DNA of 58,188 nt, filler included, from Platydemus manokwari (Eukaryota), in the NCBI GenBank assembly GCA_037951405.1. It is 5 parts of 5 records of this genome, joined end to end, with 100 filler letters (N's around TTAATTAATTAA, not from the genome) between each part and the next. Parts side by side here need not be neighbours in the genome. Positions count along the whole stretch, not along the records: positions 1 to 13,717 come from JBBMOY011636959.1; 4 more parts are not named here. One strand, given 5' to 3'. Each line of letters begins with the position of its first letter. Positions within the stretch are counted from its first letter, which is position 1. The notes below the pieces were generated by a model. The model was given only the letters and a program-made list of their open reading frames with translations. It was not told where the DNA came from and did not search any database. Positions 1 to 13,817 of the stretch are shown here, piece by piece. The position numbers were made by a program, and so were the translations under genes.

Positions 1-221
1 TTAATATTCGTTTAGAAGAGTCATATCTGGTACAAAGTGAGATTTGTAAGTCCGATTTACTGTTTTTCTGGACCATTTTTCCCAAAAATAATATTCGACA
101 CCAGTATCCACGATGAATATTATTTCTGACGTCAATTTTTAGACAGATAAGCTTGATTCATGAAATTCCTCCAAAAGTTAGATTTTAAAACCTATCATTT
201 CCACAAGAACATATATTAATA

Positions 222-1066
222 TTGGGTTGGTGCATAAGTTCGTGCGGTTTTTTACAATTATGAAAAATGCTTACTGATCAAGAATAAAAAACATGCAAAA
301 CATTCCAGATAACAAAATGAATTTATGAAATCATTAGAAAAAACAAATATCTCAGTCTCAATCGGTGAGATATTCTCCTCCACAATTCTTCCTTCCACCG
401 TTCTTGCAGTTTGTTAATCCCACGTTTGAAGAAGCTTGGTAATTTTTGGTCGAAAAATTCTTCAATTCACGTTGTCATTGCTTCTTCGTTTTCAAATTTG
501 AAACCAGATGGTTCTACATGAGGCGGGAAAGATGGTAATCTGTTGGAGCTAAGTCGGGTGAATATAGAGGAGGGGGAAGAACTCCCAGCCAAGCTCTTCA
601 AAGGCCAATTTTGTCATTGCTGTACATTGTCATGCTGTAAAATTATCTGCTTCTTCTAGGTCCTCTTCGCTTTAATTGCAATGTTTGGTTCAAGCAGTCT
701 TCATCAAAGTCACTAGGTCGGCCTAACCGAAGTGCATCGTTTAAATCAAAATTTCCACTGCTAAATTTCGAAAACCATTTTTGTTCGTTCACTGACTGCC
801 GTTTCTCCATAAACGCAACAAATCATTTTGGTGACTTCTGCAGTTACTAAATGTTGATTAAAATAGAAAAGGAATAGATATCAGGAAATGTTCATTTTTT
901 AGCTACCCGACACTCCATTTTAATAAGGGTACAGAAAGTGAAAGTTAGTCTAAAATTATTAAAATAGATAATTCAGCAGAATGCATATAACTCAAATCAG
1001 TTAAAACAAGAAGTTGGTGTTTTCTTTGCAACAAATAAAACCGCACGAATTTATGCACCAACCCGA
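222..1066 (-). mobile_element. Internally deleted mariner (Tc1/mariner) DNA transposon
   Basis: 30-bp TIRs TTGGGTTGGTGCATAAGTTCGTGCGGTTTT (222-251) and AAAACCGCACGAATTTATGCACCAACCCGA (1037-1066; 2 mismatches), flanked by TA. Minus strand gives a transposase start (MECRVAK.., ATG at 918) and the mariner motif PLYSPDLAPTDYH (~533-570), with frameshifts and stops. Confidence 0.93.
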
Positions 1067-3536
1067 TATAGATTAATAATGATTGAAAGATATATATATA
1101 CTAATGACGTCATTATTATAAAAATTCAATAATCTGGCATGATCTGACTTTTAATTGGATTCTGTATCGAATCTGGTTCAATTCAAAATCGTGAAAGATA
1201 TTTGAAGAGTACAAAACCCGGAAAAAATCCACTCCTAATACATACCAAAAATACATACAGGAAAACTAACAATTGTCGTTGATTATCTATCTGCGCAAAG
1301 TAGAAATATTCGTCGATAATAATCGATGGTAAATTGTTACAGATCGCGTGTTAACTTATAATATCACTCAACTGTCGACAGTATTATCGAATTGAAGATT
1401 CTTAAAGAATTCCATTAACAAAAGACTCGTTTTTTTCTTCTAAATATCTTTTATCGATTTTACAATTGATAGGGTCTCAAACATTATTTGTTCTCAATTT
1501 TTTCCACTATTAAAAGTTCTTAATTTGTGTTTTACAATACTATATTATAAATCATATTTTTCATTTATAAAAGAAAATTGCGATAAAATTTTTACTGAAA
1601 AGTAAATAGTCGATTTACGGTTCAAAGAAATTATAAATATATTAAAAATAGATAAGATTTCCAAAGAAAATTTATTCCCCATTCTTTATCAATAAGCAAT
1701 TTGTATATCTTATAGTTTTACGGTTGTCTGTCTTTCAATTTCATGAAATCGATTTGATTTGATGTACTTGAAAATTTTGACGCGGTTATTTTTTTGGGGA
1801 GGGGGGTTATGGGCGATTTTACTAATATAAACAATGTGTGTTTTTTGTGTGAGTATGCCATTGTTTTAATCGACAGAAATTATTGATTATGATTTATATT
1901 TTTCATTCCATACCAGTGGCATATCAACTCGAAAGTGAGATATTATCAGTGTTAAATGTCTAGATCCATTGATCATTATGTAAAGAATATATAGTCGATT
2001 TTAGAAGTATTGTGACACCGTTGTTATGTTTGGCTATTACGGAAGCATGTTTGTAATGATTGATAAATTATTAATCCATTGATCTTTTATTTCAATGAAA
2101 TTCTACAAGACAATTCTTGAAAACAAGAATAGAACGAGATGAAGCATTATAAAACGTTGATCATTTGATATTGTCCTCGTCTGTAAATAATATATAATCC
2201 ATGTATTGCGTAATCAGTATCTATTGTTTTGTAAAAGAGAATATTCCCATTGTTATTATGTTGTTGTTTCTCAATCGTTAGCATGTCGAGAGTAATTGTG
2301 TTGTGTTTATGTCGTTGGGAACGATTCATTATCATTAGAGTCTATGCGACTGATCAATGTCGTAATTTATCAATTATTATTATTATTATTGGTTCTTGAT
2401 TAAATTAAATTGTTGATAAAATCACGAAAAATAGAATAAATTCCTTTGAATAGAATTTTTTGTGGAAAATCGTCATGGAAACGTTGTGATTATTGATTTT
2501 GGGAACGTATTTTGTGGATTGATAGAGAAAACTTTTATTGATTTTTTTTCGGAGTTTATAGAACCTTGTATAATGTGGTTTTATCGAGATTAGGATGAGT
2601 GGAGTTAGAAATTAATCTTACCAAAATTCGAATATAACTTTTCTCTCTGAATTTAATATTATTGGTTTATAGTGCTGTCATCTTTGTATTGGTAGATATT
2701 GGTTTCCTGTTTAGTCATCAGCCAGTGGAAAGGGATTGTAAAATTTCTGTTATCAATTTCAAATAACTGTTCGAGGGTTTTTAAAAGCGTAATGATTATT
2801 TTTGTTATTACTATAGAAACAGAAAACCCAGTTTAATAATTTCAAAAAATTCAAGTCATTCTAGAGTAGTAGAAGTTTGTTTAAAGGAATTTGTTGAGTT
2901 CATATGTGATAGGGAGCACCGTCAGATTTCTATTGATTTGTTGGTAGTTGCTCACTGGATTATAAAATGTTGACATTGATCTCGGTTTTATAGATGGATG
3001 AAAATATTATTTTTGAAATGTTTTATATTGCAGATCACTTTACAAATGTACCCGAGTCTATCTCTAAAACCCAATTGAATTTGTTATTGTATATCTTTAA
3101 ATATTTCGTCAACGAAACAAGTTCCAATGATATTTACCATAATCGATTTTGAACTATATTTATTGGAACAGATTTATTTTATGTTTCTTCCTCGATTGTG
3201 TATTTATATCGAAATTAGTTGTGCACATTTTCCTCTCAATTTCACTTTTAAAATTATTGTACTTTTTAGAAATAGCAAAAATAGGTTTATCATTGATAAA
3301 TGCTTTGATCGATATTATGTCGTCAGAATTTAATGTTTTGTCAGCTAAAATTTAAACCCTATCCGAATGACTTTTTTGTTTTTCCTTGGTTATTTTTTGA
3401 ATTTTTTTTATTTATAAAATCTTATAATATATTGAATAATCCTTTAAAAAACGAGTACTAAAAGTGATTTAAAAACATAGTCAATCTATTTATTTACGTA
3501 TTAAATATTTATCCCTAACTGTCATCTCTACTGTAG

Positions 3537-3769
3537 CTCTGTCTGGAATATCTCCCAATCACAGAATTACATCATTCGAAGAGGCTAAAGCTATTGATAA
3601 AGTCAACGAAAGGGTTCCTCCCAGACGAGATATTAGAGCAAACAACAATGACAACTCAGTTTTTCACCATCAACAATCCAATAGTAATGAAGTATCTCAT
3701 CCAACAGTCCCTGTGAATCAAGATAGCACTACTTTCAGAAATACTTCTCCGTCGAGTCGGCATGCATAA
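3537..3769 (+). CDS. PPP3CA: Terminal coding exon of calcineurin A (PP2B catalytic subunit), autoinhibitory domain; upstream exons not recognised in window
   Basis: Branch-like CCCTAAC (3513-3519) and TAG acceptor (3534-3536). Phase-1 reading gives [34 protein letters not shown]...SSRHA*, matching the calcineurin A AID signature [22 protein letters not shown]. Confidence 0.92.
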
Positions 3770-5597
3770 TAGAACTTGCTAATCCAATATTGATATCATC
3801 AATATTGATCCTATTATCGTTATTATATTGGATCAATTTGTATTTCGATGCTTTATATCTCTCACTGACGTTCTGAAAGAACCACTTTTAATCTCCTCTC
3901 CCCCTTATCTTTTATCGATTTAAAGATGAAATCTTGATGAAAAAATTATTATTATTATTTAAAAAAATATCTTTACCATCAGATAAAACTAAACCAACTT
4001 ACAGAACAATTATATTGGGTTTTTTATATATTTGTTATGAAATTCTAGGTATTTTTCTCTGTTGGTGTGTTGGTGCGTTTCCTTATTTATTGTTCCTCAG
4101 AATCATTTTATTATTTCGAAACAAACAAAAAAAATGACGAACATTAATAATAATGATAATTATAAATATTCTTGTAAATCGATAATCAGACTCATCGAGT
4201 CGGCTTCACTATTTAATTGTATTTAATTATTTATTGTTTTATTATTATGATTTTCGTAACTGCTTATCGATATCTGCAGCTTTCCTTTTGTAATAGAATT
4301 TATTTTTATGAACTCGATTGGTTTAATTTAAGCTATTGGTTCATTTTCATTGGTTTAATTTATCTTATTATTATTATTATTTGCTCGAAAGAAATTATGA
4401 AATTCTAATAACGCTTTTGGCTTGACTTTTTATATATGTGTATTTATATATTTTGTAATATGATGATATTTACTGGATGAATATGATATCGGCTTTAATT
4501 GGAAGATATGAGTGTACTGGAACAGATAAGTGAATCGTGGCAGGTGAACATTTCTATGAAAGTACCATCAAACACAATAATTTGGAAATTCTATTTCGAT
4601 ATAGTAAAAAATGTCAATAAAGCACGAATTAACCAATGGAATCTTTTCATAATCCAAATATGGTTCCAACATGAGATCATTAATTATTTAGAAATTGTGA
4701 TGTTATACGTATGTAGTAATGTGCCGGAGGTCAATAAATGAGAGTTTTGGATACTGATTTTTGACGTATAGGCTTTCCATATTTATCTGTCTGAACTTCA
4801 GTTATTAGCTCATATATCTATTCCACGTTATTGGTAATGTAGTGTATAGAAATAATATTGTAGATTTGGAGATACTAAGGGATTTATGATGATGTGAGTT
4901 TGGTTTAAAATTTAAGTCCAATTACTTGTCAGTCTCGTTTATTGAAAATTCTATTGCCGAAGACAATTGGCGTCCACAAATAGTTTCAACAACTTATTGA
5001 TTTTTCAACACAATAACAAAAATTTTGTAAAACAACAACTAAACTGGTTTCATACTGACTACTCCCAATTTAGACACGTACTGTGATTATATACTCCGCA
5101 TAATCAGGGATTCCACTTCTTTTGAGTTTTGTAATTCGATTTATTCCATATTCTGGTTACTGTAATCAATATTTATTTTTATTAATAAACTGAAAATCAA
5201 CTTTTGAACTCAGACAATATCGACCCAAACGATTTTGGTTCACAGTGTTTTTAGAAATAATGGTGTGGCTTTCCGTGGAAAATACCGTTTCTTTGTTTCC
5301 ACTGGAAATTTTAAATATAGATTTTAATATATTAATACTTTCACTGTCCATTTAAAGCTCGCCAAGATTTTGGTTGCAGTTAGTAATAAAATTTACTGAA
5401 GTTTTAGATTCCGACAATACGTCAAGTAGCTGTCATAGTAAAATAAATATATTTTTGAAAATAGAGTATCAAACAACTGTATATTAAAACAACCAATCAC
5501 GTGACCCTTCCTTGCTTAAGCTTTGGACTACCTCTTTAGCCATTCGATCCTTGTGAGTTTGATCGCAAATTGAAAATTATAAAATAAAAATCTTTAT

Positions 5598-6523
5598 TTA
5601 TTCTTCTAAATTAATTGTAGCTCCTTTAAAATTATCCCACTCCAATAATTTTTCAAATTCTCGAGCCTTCACATAAACTCGATTTCCCGAATAACCTTCA
5701 CAACCTTTTATGATTTAACGTTTATCTCAATCGAGTCATAATGATGTTCATAGAGTCCTTTTTGAGTTCATTGAATATCCAGAATTTATTCGGTACTAAA
5801 TCATATGAATGCAGTGGTTTGTGGTACGTCATAGATTCGATTTTTTATGAAAAACTGTGACAAAGTTCATTATCATCTTGCCAAAGTCAAGAATTGCCTT
5901 CTAGTAATTCTGACCTCTCGGTGAGAATCACTCAGTAGAAACGAAGCATTGCACAAAGAAATATTCATCACTAACATTTAGAATCGGCGGAAGGAATTCA
6001 TAATGAACACCACCGCGGTAATCCAATAAAATTGTTATCCCAACTTCGACTTTTGAGTGACTCTGACAAGATTTGTTAGGTCTTGGGTAGCCTTCAATAT
6101 TATATTCACTAGATTAGTCGGTTGTTTTTTGGTCGTAGGTAAAGATCAAAGACTCATCGTTCATAATAAGTCAGAAATCATTGTTTTATTCTAATTTTTA
6201 CTCTACTTCCCATAAAAACTGAGTGTTTTGGTATCAAACCGGATATAAACTGATCCAAATATTATGTTTTCAGCTTAGGAAGGCTCTCTAATTATCAGTT
6301 GATGATTTTCGAGCATCTTTGATTATCTTCATATGCTTTGGTTTTCTCGGAAGTGGTTCCCTTTCAACATGCTCTTGTCTCTCTTTGAAATTTCATAAAA
6401 CCCACACGTTCTTGTTTGTGAGATACAAAACACTTTTTGCCACATCTTCGATATTTCTACAAAAGATACATTATTCATTAAATAAAATTTAATACAACTA
6501 GTTTGTTAAGCGAAATCCGACAT
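5598..6523 (-). mobile_element. Decayed mariner transposase (irritans-like), second family
   Basis: Minus-strand remnants MSDFA*QTSCIKI (start), IMNDESLIFTYDQKTTD*SSE (cf. ITGDETWxxxYDPETKQQSxEW), PLHSYDLVP (cf. PPYSPDLAP) and GDNFKGATINLEE* (cf. GDYFEGDK..); many stops and frameshifts; TIRs not resolved. Confidence 0.8.
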
Positions 6524-9500
6524 TGTGAAAATGAAAAAAACTATGACAAATGACTATGCTCGAAATGCTTACTAAAATAAATACGACTCCGACTGATGCT
6601 CCCATCGTGCAATAAGGTCCAATTGAATATTTTAAGAATGGTTTCATCTTTTCATATGTTTCTCCTATCTTTTTCAATGTTTTTTTTCGTTTTTATTTTG
6701 ATACAAAAAATATGTTTTATGAAAATTCCAGGTTAAATTTTCATAATTTAGTGTGATTCCCATTCAGTTATTTTATTTTGTATCATGTTCATTGACTTTT
6801 TATGGTTACCAATTACCCTGTTGATAATTTCGGGTCCAACTTGATAACCTTTGATTTGCATTGGCTCAGCATCATATTTTACTTTTAATTTTAATAATTT
6901 TATTAATAATTTTATAACCTTATCAATATAAAATAAGTATAGAAATTACTGAACGAATGTTCAGTGAAAAATGTTTTGATTGTTCAGTGGATGAGAATAT
7001 TATCGATTTAATAAACGTGTTCTCATAGAAAAATATACAATTAAGGTTAAATTTAAAGGAGAAAATTTCGTTTTAATTATAATGTGTTGCTCTCACATCA
7101 CAGTTGATAATATCCAATGTCGAAACATGGGTACTATTTCATTTGGTCTTTCACATGCAGAAATTGTAACATCGTTATTCATTTGACACGAGATGCTACG
7201 GTGAATTTTTTTTGATAAATTTCAAACCCAAACACCTATTGATTTTATTTCATCTTTGCCTGCCTTTCTGTGAAATTAACAGTTGAGTTTATTTTTGTAA
7301 GAAATTTTATGAGGAAATAATTTGGTAAATAAATAGAAGCGGTTCTCAATTGTTAAATGGCAAATCCCTGATTAAGACAGTAATTACCTAAATGGATCTA
7401 TACTGTGGTTGTAATAAATAGCTTTCTCTGTGATTTAATGATGTTATTTTTACAATCAAGATATAAAGGCAGTCGATTATTGAAGCAATAAGTACATTGA
7501 GTGATTTAAATATTGGAAAGATATCTAGTGTTGTTATCATTGTTGATTTTTGGGTGTCTTTGGTTTATTTTGGTTATTTGAACTATTTGTAACTATTTTA
7601 GAAATATTTTTGGTAATATCTGAGTCTAATTGGTACTCTAGAGTTCTAATGATCTACAAAATCTAATATCATGTTGTTCCTTCTCCTCAACCAACTTTAA
7701 TCCAAGTATGGAGATGGATGAGTGGGTCTAATCACTGCTTTATTGATTTTATTACTATTTACCGGACTATTAATCCCTAACTGCCTCAAATGTATCGTAC
7801 CAAAAGGCAATGAGATGATTTTGATGATGATATTATTTATGGAAATGATTGTGAAGTCTCATAGCACCTACCAGTTGTAATATTACAATGACTATATTAT
7901 TTAAATGCACTTTTATTATTATAATAACGAATACAATATACACGTAATAAAAATGGATTTTGAAACTACTTTTATACACAATACTAGAAGTGCTTATAGG
8001 TTAATAAACTCCTAAGAGTAACAAAACCAGGTATTATGGACAGGATCAAACCCTATAAATAGGAAGAATATGCGGTTTATAGAAATAAGTGATGATTTTA
8101 CAACTGTCTTATCTTACTTAACCTTCCTAAAGCCTCGAGTCTTCTAGTACGTGTCCTGGGATAGTACTAATTCCGGTTCTCTTATGTATTGATGTTCTCC
8201 TGCTTCACTGGATTGCAATGTTGATGTTATGTATTGTCAAGCTTCTTTACCGTAGTAGAAAGAACATCAAAACAGGTCTAATGGTGGAGTACCCTTTGAA
8301 ATTATCATTGATTTAGTCAACAAGCCCTCTTAACATATGTCGTATTGTTGGGATACCTCCAAATGATTGACTAATTTCTGACTCCAAAACCTAGAAGACT
8401 TTGACTTTTTTTCATCTGTGAACTACTCAGTACGACTTATAAAATACAAATTTATACTCGAGATATGTGTGTAATTTTATTTCATCTATATATCACATTT
8501 TGAGTCGATATTAGCTTTTCCATGTTCCTAGTGGACTTATTAGTTTTCGAAAGAAAGGAATAGGCCAATCCCTATGTGTATGTTGTTGTGTGGCTATGTT
8601 CCTTTTTTCAATTGCCATTTATCATCTACTTCTCCTGTGATTGGTTGATTACCACGCTTGTATGATTGTGTAGGCACAAAGTGTAAATCCGTTTTTCTTT
8701 TGCAGAATTTTATCTTACTCATCAGTATTAATAAGATATTTTCTGATAATTTTAACAAATTGATGTAATTCAGATTTTTTTATATTTTATTCGATGAAAG
8801 GTTTTGTTAAACCTAAAGATAAACCGAAATTTTTATAAGCAGTATGTATTTTCGTACAGGTAATTGTTCGATCTACGATGAGATTCTATCAATCATCTAG
8901 AAAAACTCTGCACAACGAATTTATTAATAGACTAGTTCTCTTGAATGGTATATCGAATTGTTAAGATGACCCTCATCACTCTCACAAAAACCCAATTGAT
9001 AAGCTAGCATATCATATTGACCTAACAACTTGAATTAACTCTGAACCAACGCAATCATTCGAGTTGATTTTTTTTTATCAAAAATAAGAAAAATTGATAA
9101 ATCTTTATTGAATGTGAAAACTATTGATTCAATTCATTAACGTAATCATCATTTGATCTGCCTACAAACATAATGAATGACATAATCAACAATGCTTTGA
9201 CAGTTAGTTATCTTGGAGATTTATTTTTCTGATTTATTATTTAGTTAATTAGAATTTTATTTCCTTACAGTCGTCGCTACATGATTTACGACATTTTATT
9301 TTGTTATGTCTACAATCAAATTCGTATTAATAATTTATTTATAATTTTAGAATTAATATTTCAAATTACTTGTTATTAAAATTTTATATTTATAATACAA
9401 AATTAACATAACTACATTCACTGGTTTATATTTCCATTGCTAATATTGTTTTATCGTTATTATTTTATTTAGCGAATTTTCTTATTTATATTCTGGCTCC

Positions 9501-12500
9501 TAAGTATTATTGTTGTTTGTCATGTAACTATAAGTTGATTATGTCAGTGGAAAATTTTTATCACATCAGTTAGTATTTTTAAACAATAAACATATTGGAG
9601 TGTTTTTGTGGGGATGCTGGGGATTTATTGTTTGATAATATATTACTCGATTAATGGAGTTACTACTTGACAGCAGATATACAAATTGACCTTAATAATG
9701 TATTTGGTTAATAATATCAATTCCATATGGTCTACTTGCTTAATTTATTAGAGGCAATTATATAGTTTAAATTATTAAAACCGGACTACTTTATTGATAA
9801 AAGTCAAATTAAATACACAGGTGATCGATTTAGGTGCGAATTATGTAACAATAATAGAAACATTCAGATGGTTTTTCAGTCACAACACTGAATCCCATAG
9901 GACAAGTTCTCCACCATCGGGTCGATGCTCGAGCTTCATAAGTCATCTTAAACAGGAATTCCCATGCAAATCCAAATATGAAACATTCAGATTGTCTCAC
10001 TAATTAGAGGATTTCTGACCTCGGAATAGGGAAAACAGCCTTCTGAGCATCAATCACTGCCTACTCTACAATTATTATGGGTGAAGATTAGAATCAACAT
10101 GGGACATACTACAATTTTGATCGAAAATGCTAAAATTTCTTCATCCAAGATATGTAAACTGTAATTATACAGATATGCATGATTAAATCGAAACCAAACC
10201 TGCTCTATGAGAAAAGGAAGTGAGGATTGATCCAAAATCGGTGCGTCGATTACACCCAGTCCGACAAAAATGATAGGAAAAAAGTCGATAAAAACAATAG
10301 AAAGATCGAAAAATAAAAAAGCAATATGCGGTGAATGAAATGGTAAAGTAAATAGTAAAAGTAAAGCATGTAAAGTAAATTTAAAGTGAATAAATTAATG
10401 AATGGTTAAATGAAATGACACAGTGGGAAAGTGTTGGAAGTGATAACGGTAAAAAGAGTGAGTTGAAATGAGAAATTATAGGTGGAACGATGAGGGATAT
10501 GCCCAAGAACAAGGTGAATTAATTGACATTATAAATACATTATCTAATTATTGCCCGCCTGTTATGCCTGGATGTTGTAGTCGTGATTGTTTTTCATTCA
10601 ATATTATGTATGCGAGAAACGTTAGTATTGTAAGCACAGAGTCCTGAATTTCTTTGGATTCGTCACAAGGTTCTGTGTATGTTATAATTTTTACTTTATT
10701 ATTTTATTTAGAAGCCAATTATACCATCGTTATCTATTAATCGATATTTTTAGTAATATGCCATGGTTATTGATTAAATATGGATCATCATCATTGCTGT
10801 CAGCGAGTTTTGGAATAAAGTTAATAAACTGAAACTGACAGTAAAGATATATCACTGCTGTCGCACTTATTGTCGTCATACAATAAAGTTGTGCAACTTG
10901 AAGAATAAGATAACATTACACCTGAAGCCTTGATCAACAACTCTTTGATGCTGATTAAGACAATAGTGAAATCAAATAGAAATAAGATCAATAATAATAA
11001 AAACTATAAAAGGCCCTATCCAAAGAATAATATTGGGTCTCTGTGGCTCAAATTCTAAAATGCTGTTGTTTATTAACCTAACGTGTGAGCTCTAGCTGTT
11101 ACATTAGAATCAAAGTTTTTTTCTGGTATCAAAACACAACAAAATTAAAAAATCACTCTATCATAAATATTAAGGTTATACATCTATTCTAGAAATGTTT
11201 GATGCTGAATGTAACTGAACACTGGGCCTTGGTTACTATTTGTTAAAGATTGTCGTCATACAATGGTCATACAATAGCTTGAAATGTTTATACAATTTGT
11301 AGATGTAATGAGTCGAAGTGCAAGTGCTGTCTGTTTCTGCCAGTATATATACTAGTTTGTGTCTTATTGGGATTCATACATCTTGTTGCTATTTTTGGCA
11401 AACATTCTATGCTTGGTAGCATATGTTGCTAATTTTAGCATATGTACAGTATAGGTTACTATTTTTAGTCCAAGTGTCTATTTATAGAAACTAGTGTGTT
11501 TATTTTTGTTTTACATATACCGTTGAATCTATTTTTAGATTTTAATGTTATTTTTCCTAATGACTTTAGTGTCGATTAGTTTTGGTGCAATAAAATAAAT
11601 TTAGAAATTTTATGAATATTTTTGTAATTTCTGGTATTATTATTTTCTTAATTTTGAAGAAAATATTTATATTAATTTATTCTTATTTTTTAGTTAATTT
11701 GGTTGGTCAAAATGGCCTGGTTAGTTCCCACATATTTACTCTCATTCTTAAGCCCATATCAAGTAAATTTCAGATTATGCATTATTATAATAATTCTAAA
11801 AGCATTATTATTATTTGAGTGAGTTTATATAATTATTGCCATGCGATCTGGATTTGTTATAAGATGAATTACTGATCCAACTGTAAGCTGGTAAAAATGT
11901 AAGTTATAGATAAGAAATCGAAATATAGAGTGACATGAAGCAGTTATCCTGTTTTACAAATTATAAATCTCTAGATTTCCTTAGCAACACTAAGAACGAA
12001 AACCAAAGTAATTACACTTATAAAAAGTAAAGAATCCAATGACACTGCAATTCCAGACATATTGGAATTATCTACATAGCTAGATTATAAAGATGCAGCT
12101 AATTAGAATGCTGCTAAATTTTTAAAATTAAAAATTATCCTGATCAAGACGAACATTATTTGAACTTCCCTGAGAATATTATTTTCAATGTTTAAATATC
12201 TGTTTATAAAAAATATTTTGTTACTGGATTTCTTCATGGTTTTTTGAATTATATTGGTTTTCTAGCGAGGCTGAATTGTGAGATTGTAGTTATATGATAG
12301 ATGAGATCATTAAGTTGATTTAAAATATTTATCATGTTGCTTTGTTGAGCTTTTCTGACCAGCTTAGAGGAATGAAGTGGGTCAAGTTTTCAGATAAAGG
12401 TTTATCAAAAATTGGTTTGGGTTCGTAGATTATTGGTTAATAAGGTCAAGAGAAAGTTGAGTTTATGGTGGTATTTTGATACCTCACTTTGTAATTTTAT

Positions 12501-12699
12501 TTTAATAAAATAGATGCATAATTAATAAGCCAGTACTTGTTATTAGACAATATCGCATATACTGAAATTTCATATATAGTGCTCTGGTAAAGACTAAGTA
12601 GTGCTGTGCAAAATATATGATTTATTGTCGAATTTACTTTAAAAAGTATACTCGCTCCTATTTTTATATTCGAAAAAGCACTATAATGAAATGACTATT

Positions 12700-13250
12700 A
12701 TTTGCAGGAAGGTATGACATATAATTAAAATATTCGGAAATTATATTATAAAACCATAAATTAATATAATAAATATGTTCAATTTTGAGCCAATGAAATT
12801 TAACGGGCTCTTTAATTTCAATATGTAAACTTTCAGTGATCTGGGTTCTTTTTGAAATATGTGCATTTCTTAATAATTTACACATCACTCCAGGTACAAC
12901 CCCAATTATTCAATACTAATAAAGTTATAAACAATTACTAAGTCCCGTCGCTTCGAATGAAATATCGGCTTAGAAACTCCTTCTAACTGCACAACAAACC
13001 ACCATAACAGATACGGTTGCCTGTACTTTAATTATACCGAAAATCAACTTCCCTAGTAATGTGATTTTGCTAAATTTCACAACTGCATCAGTGGTAAGAA
13101 AATTTAGTAAACTACAGATGATTATTCTCGTCCGATTTTTTTGTCCTGGTTTGAAATGTAGAATTTCTCAATATGACCATTTCTTATAAATCGATTTTGA
13201 CACAGTCTTGCAGTGGAAACCAAAGCATTAATGTCCTTAAACAATAGTTT
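12700..13250 (-). mobile_element. Possible heavily decayed Gypsy-like pol (RT/RNase H) fragment
   Basis: Only short degenerate motifs across frameshifts (REVDF cf. EVxFLG; PDH*KF cf. PDxxKxF). Weak. Confidence 0.25.
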
Positions 13251-13717
13251 TATAAATTCTGTGAGGATAATACGTGTTAAAATAGGTTTAAAATAAAATA
13301 CCCAATTCTAGTTCTTCGTAAATATTAAAATTTACTGGTTAATTTATATTCGGGTCTCAATATCTTGTTTTGTGGATTTTATCTCTGGTCCCAATGTGGA
13401 GTTTCTCTTTTCTTATTTGAAATGTTTTCACTAGTACGTCGTTTTATTTAGTTTTAAACTTAATAATTATAACACTAACAAATATAAATACATTTCATAA
13501 TAATTCCGACATATAAAGAGTAATACATTATCAACGAAACCTGCTTTATGATACACTATTGAAGAATAATGAAATGTGCCTCATTTTAATCACTTCAATT
13601 TGCTAGTTGATTGATATATTATCAATCAATAGGATATCCAATCGTAGTATTTGTGGAGTGTAATTTTGTTGAATAATATAATTATTATTTTATCCCGTTC
13701 AGAAATGGCAGGCTTCC

Positions 13718-13817
13718 NNNNNNNNNNNNNNNNNNNNNNNNNNNNNNNNNNNNNNNNNNNNTTAATTAATTAANNNNNNNNNNNNNNNNNNNNNNNNNNN
13801 NNNNNNNNNNNNNNNNN
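13718..13817. other. Artificial scaffold linker (N-run/TTAATTAATTAA/N-run, 100 nt)
   Basis: Equivalent 100-nt construct occurs four times; TTAATTAATTAA has stops in all six frames. Confidence 0.97.

Noticed and set aside
3511-3536. TCCCTAAC as a U12-type branch point
   Set aside because: Equally fits the ordinary CTAAC branch site; the diagnostic 5' splice site was not identified.
13718-13817. Recurring TTAATTAATTAA palindrome inside N-runs (also 23895, 34687, 46409)
   Set aside because: Artificial six-frame-stop assembly linker, not biology.
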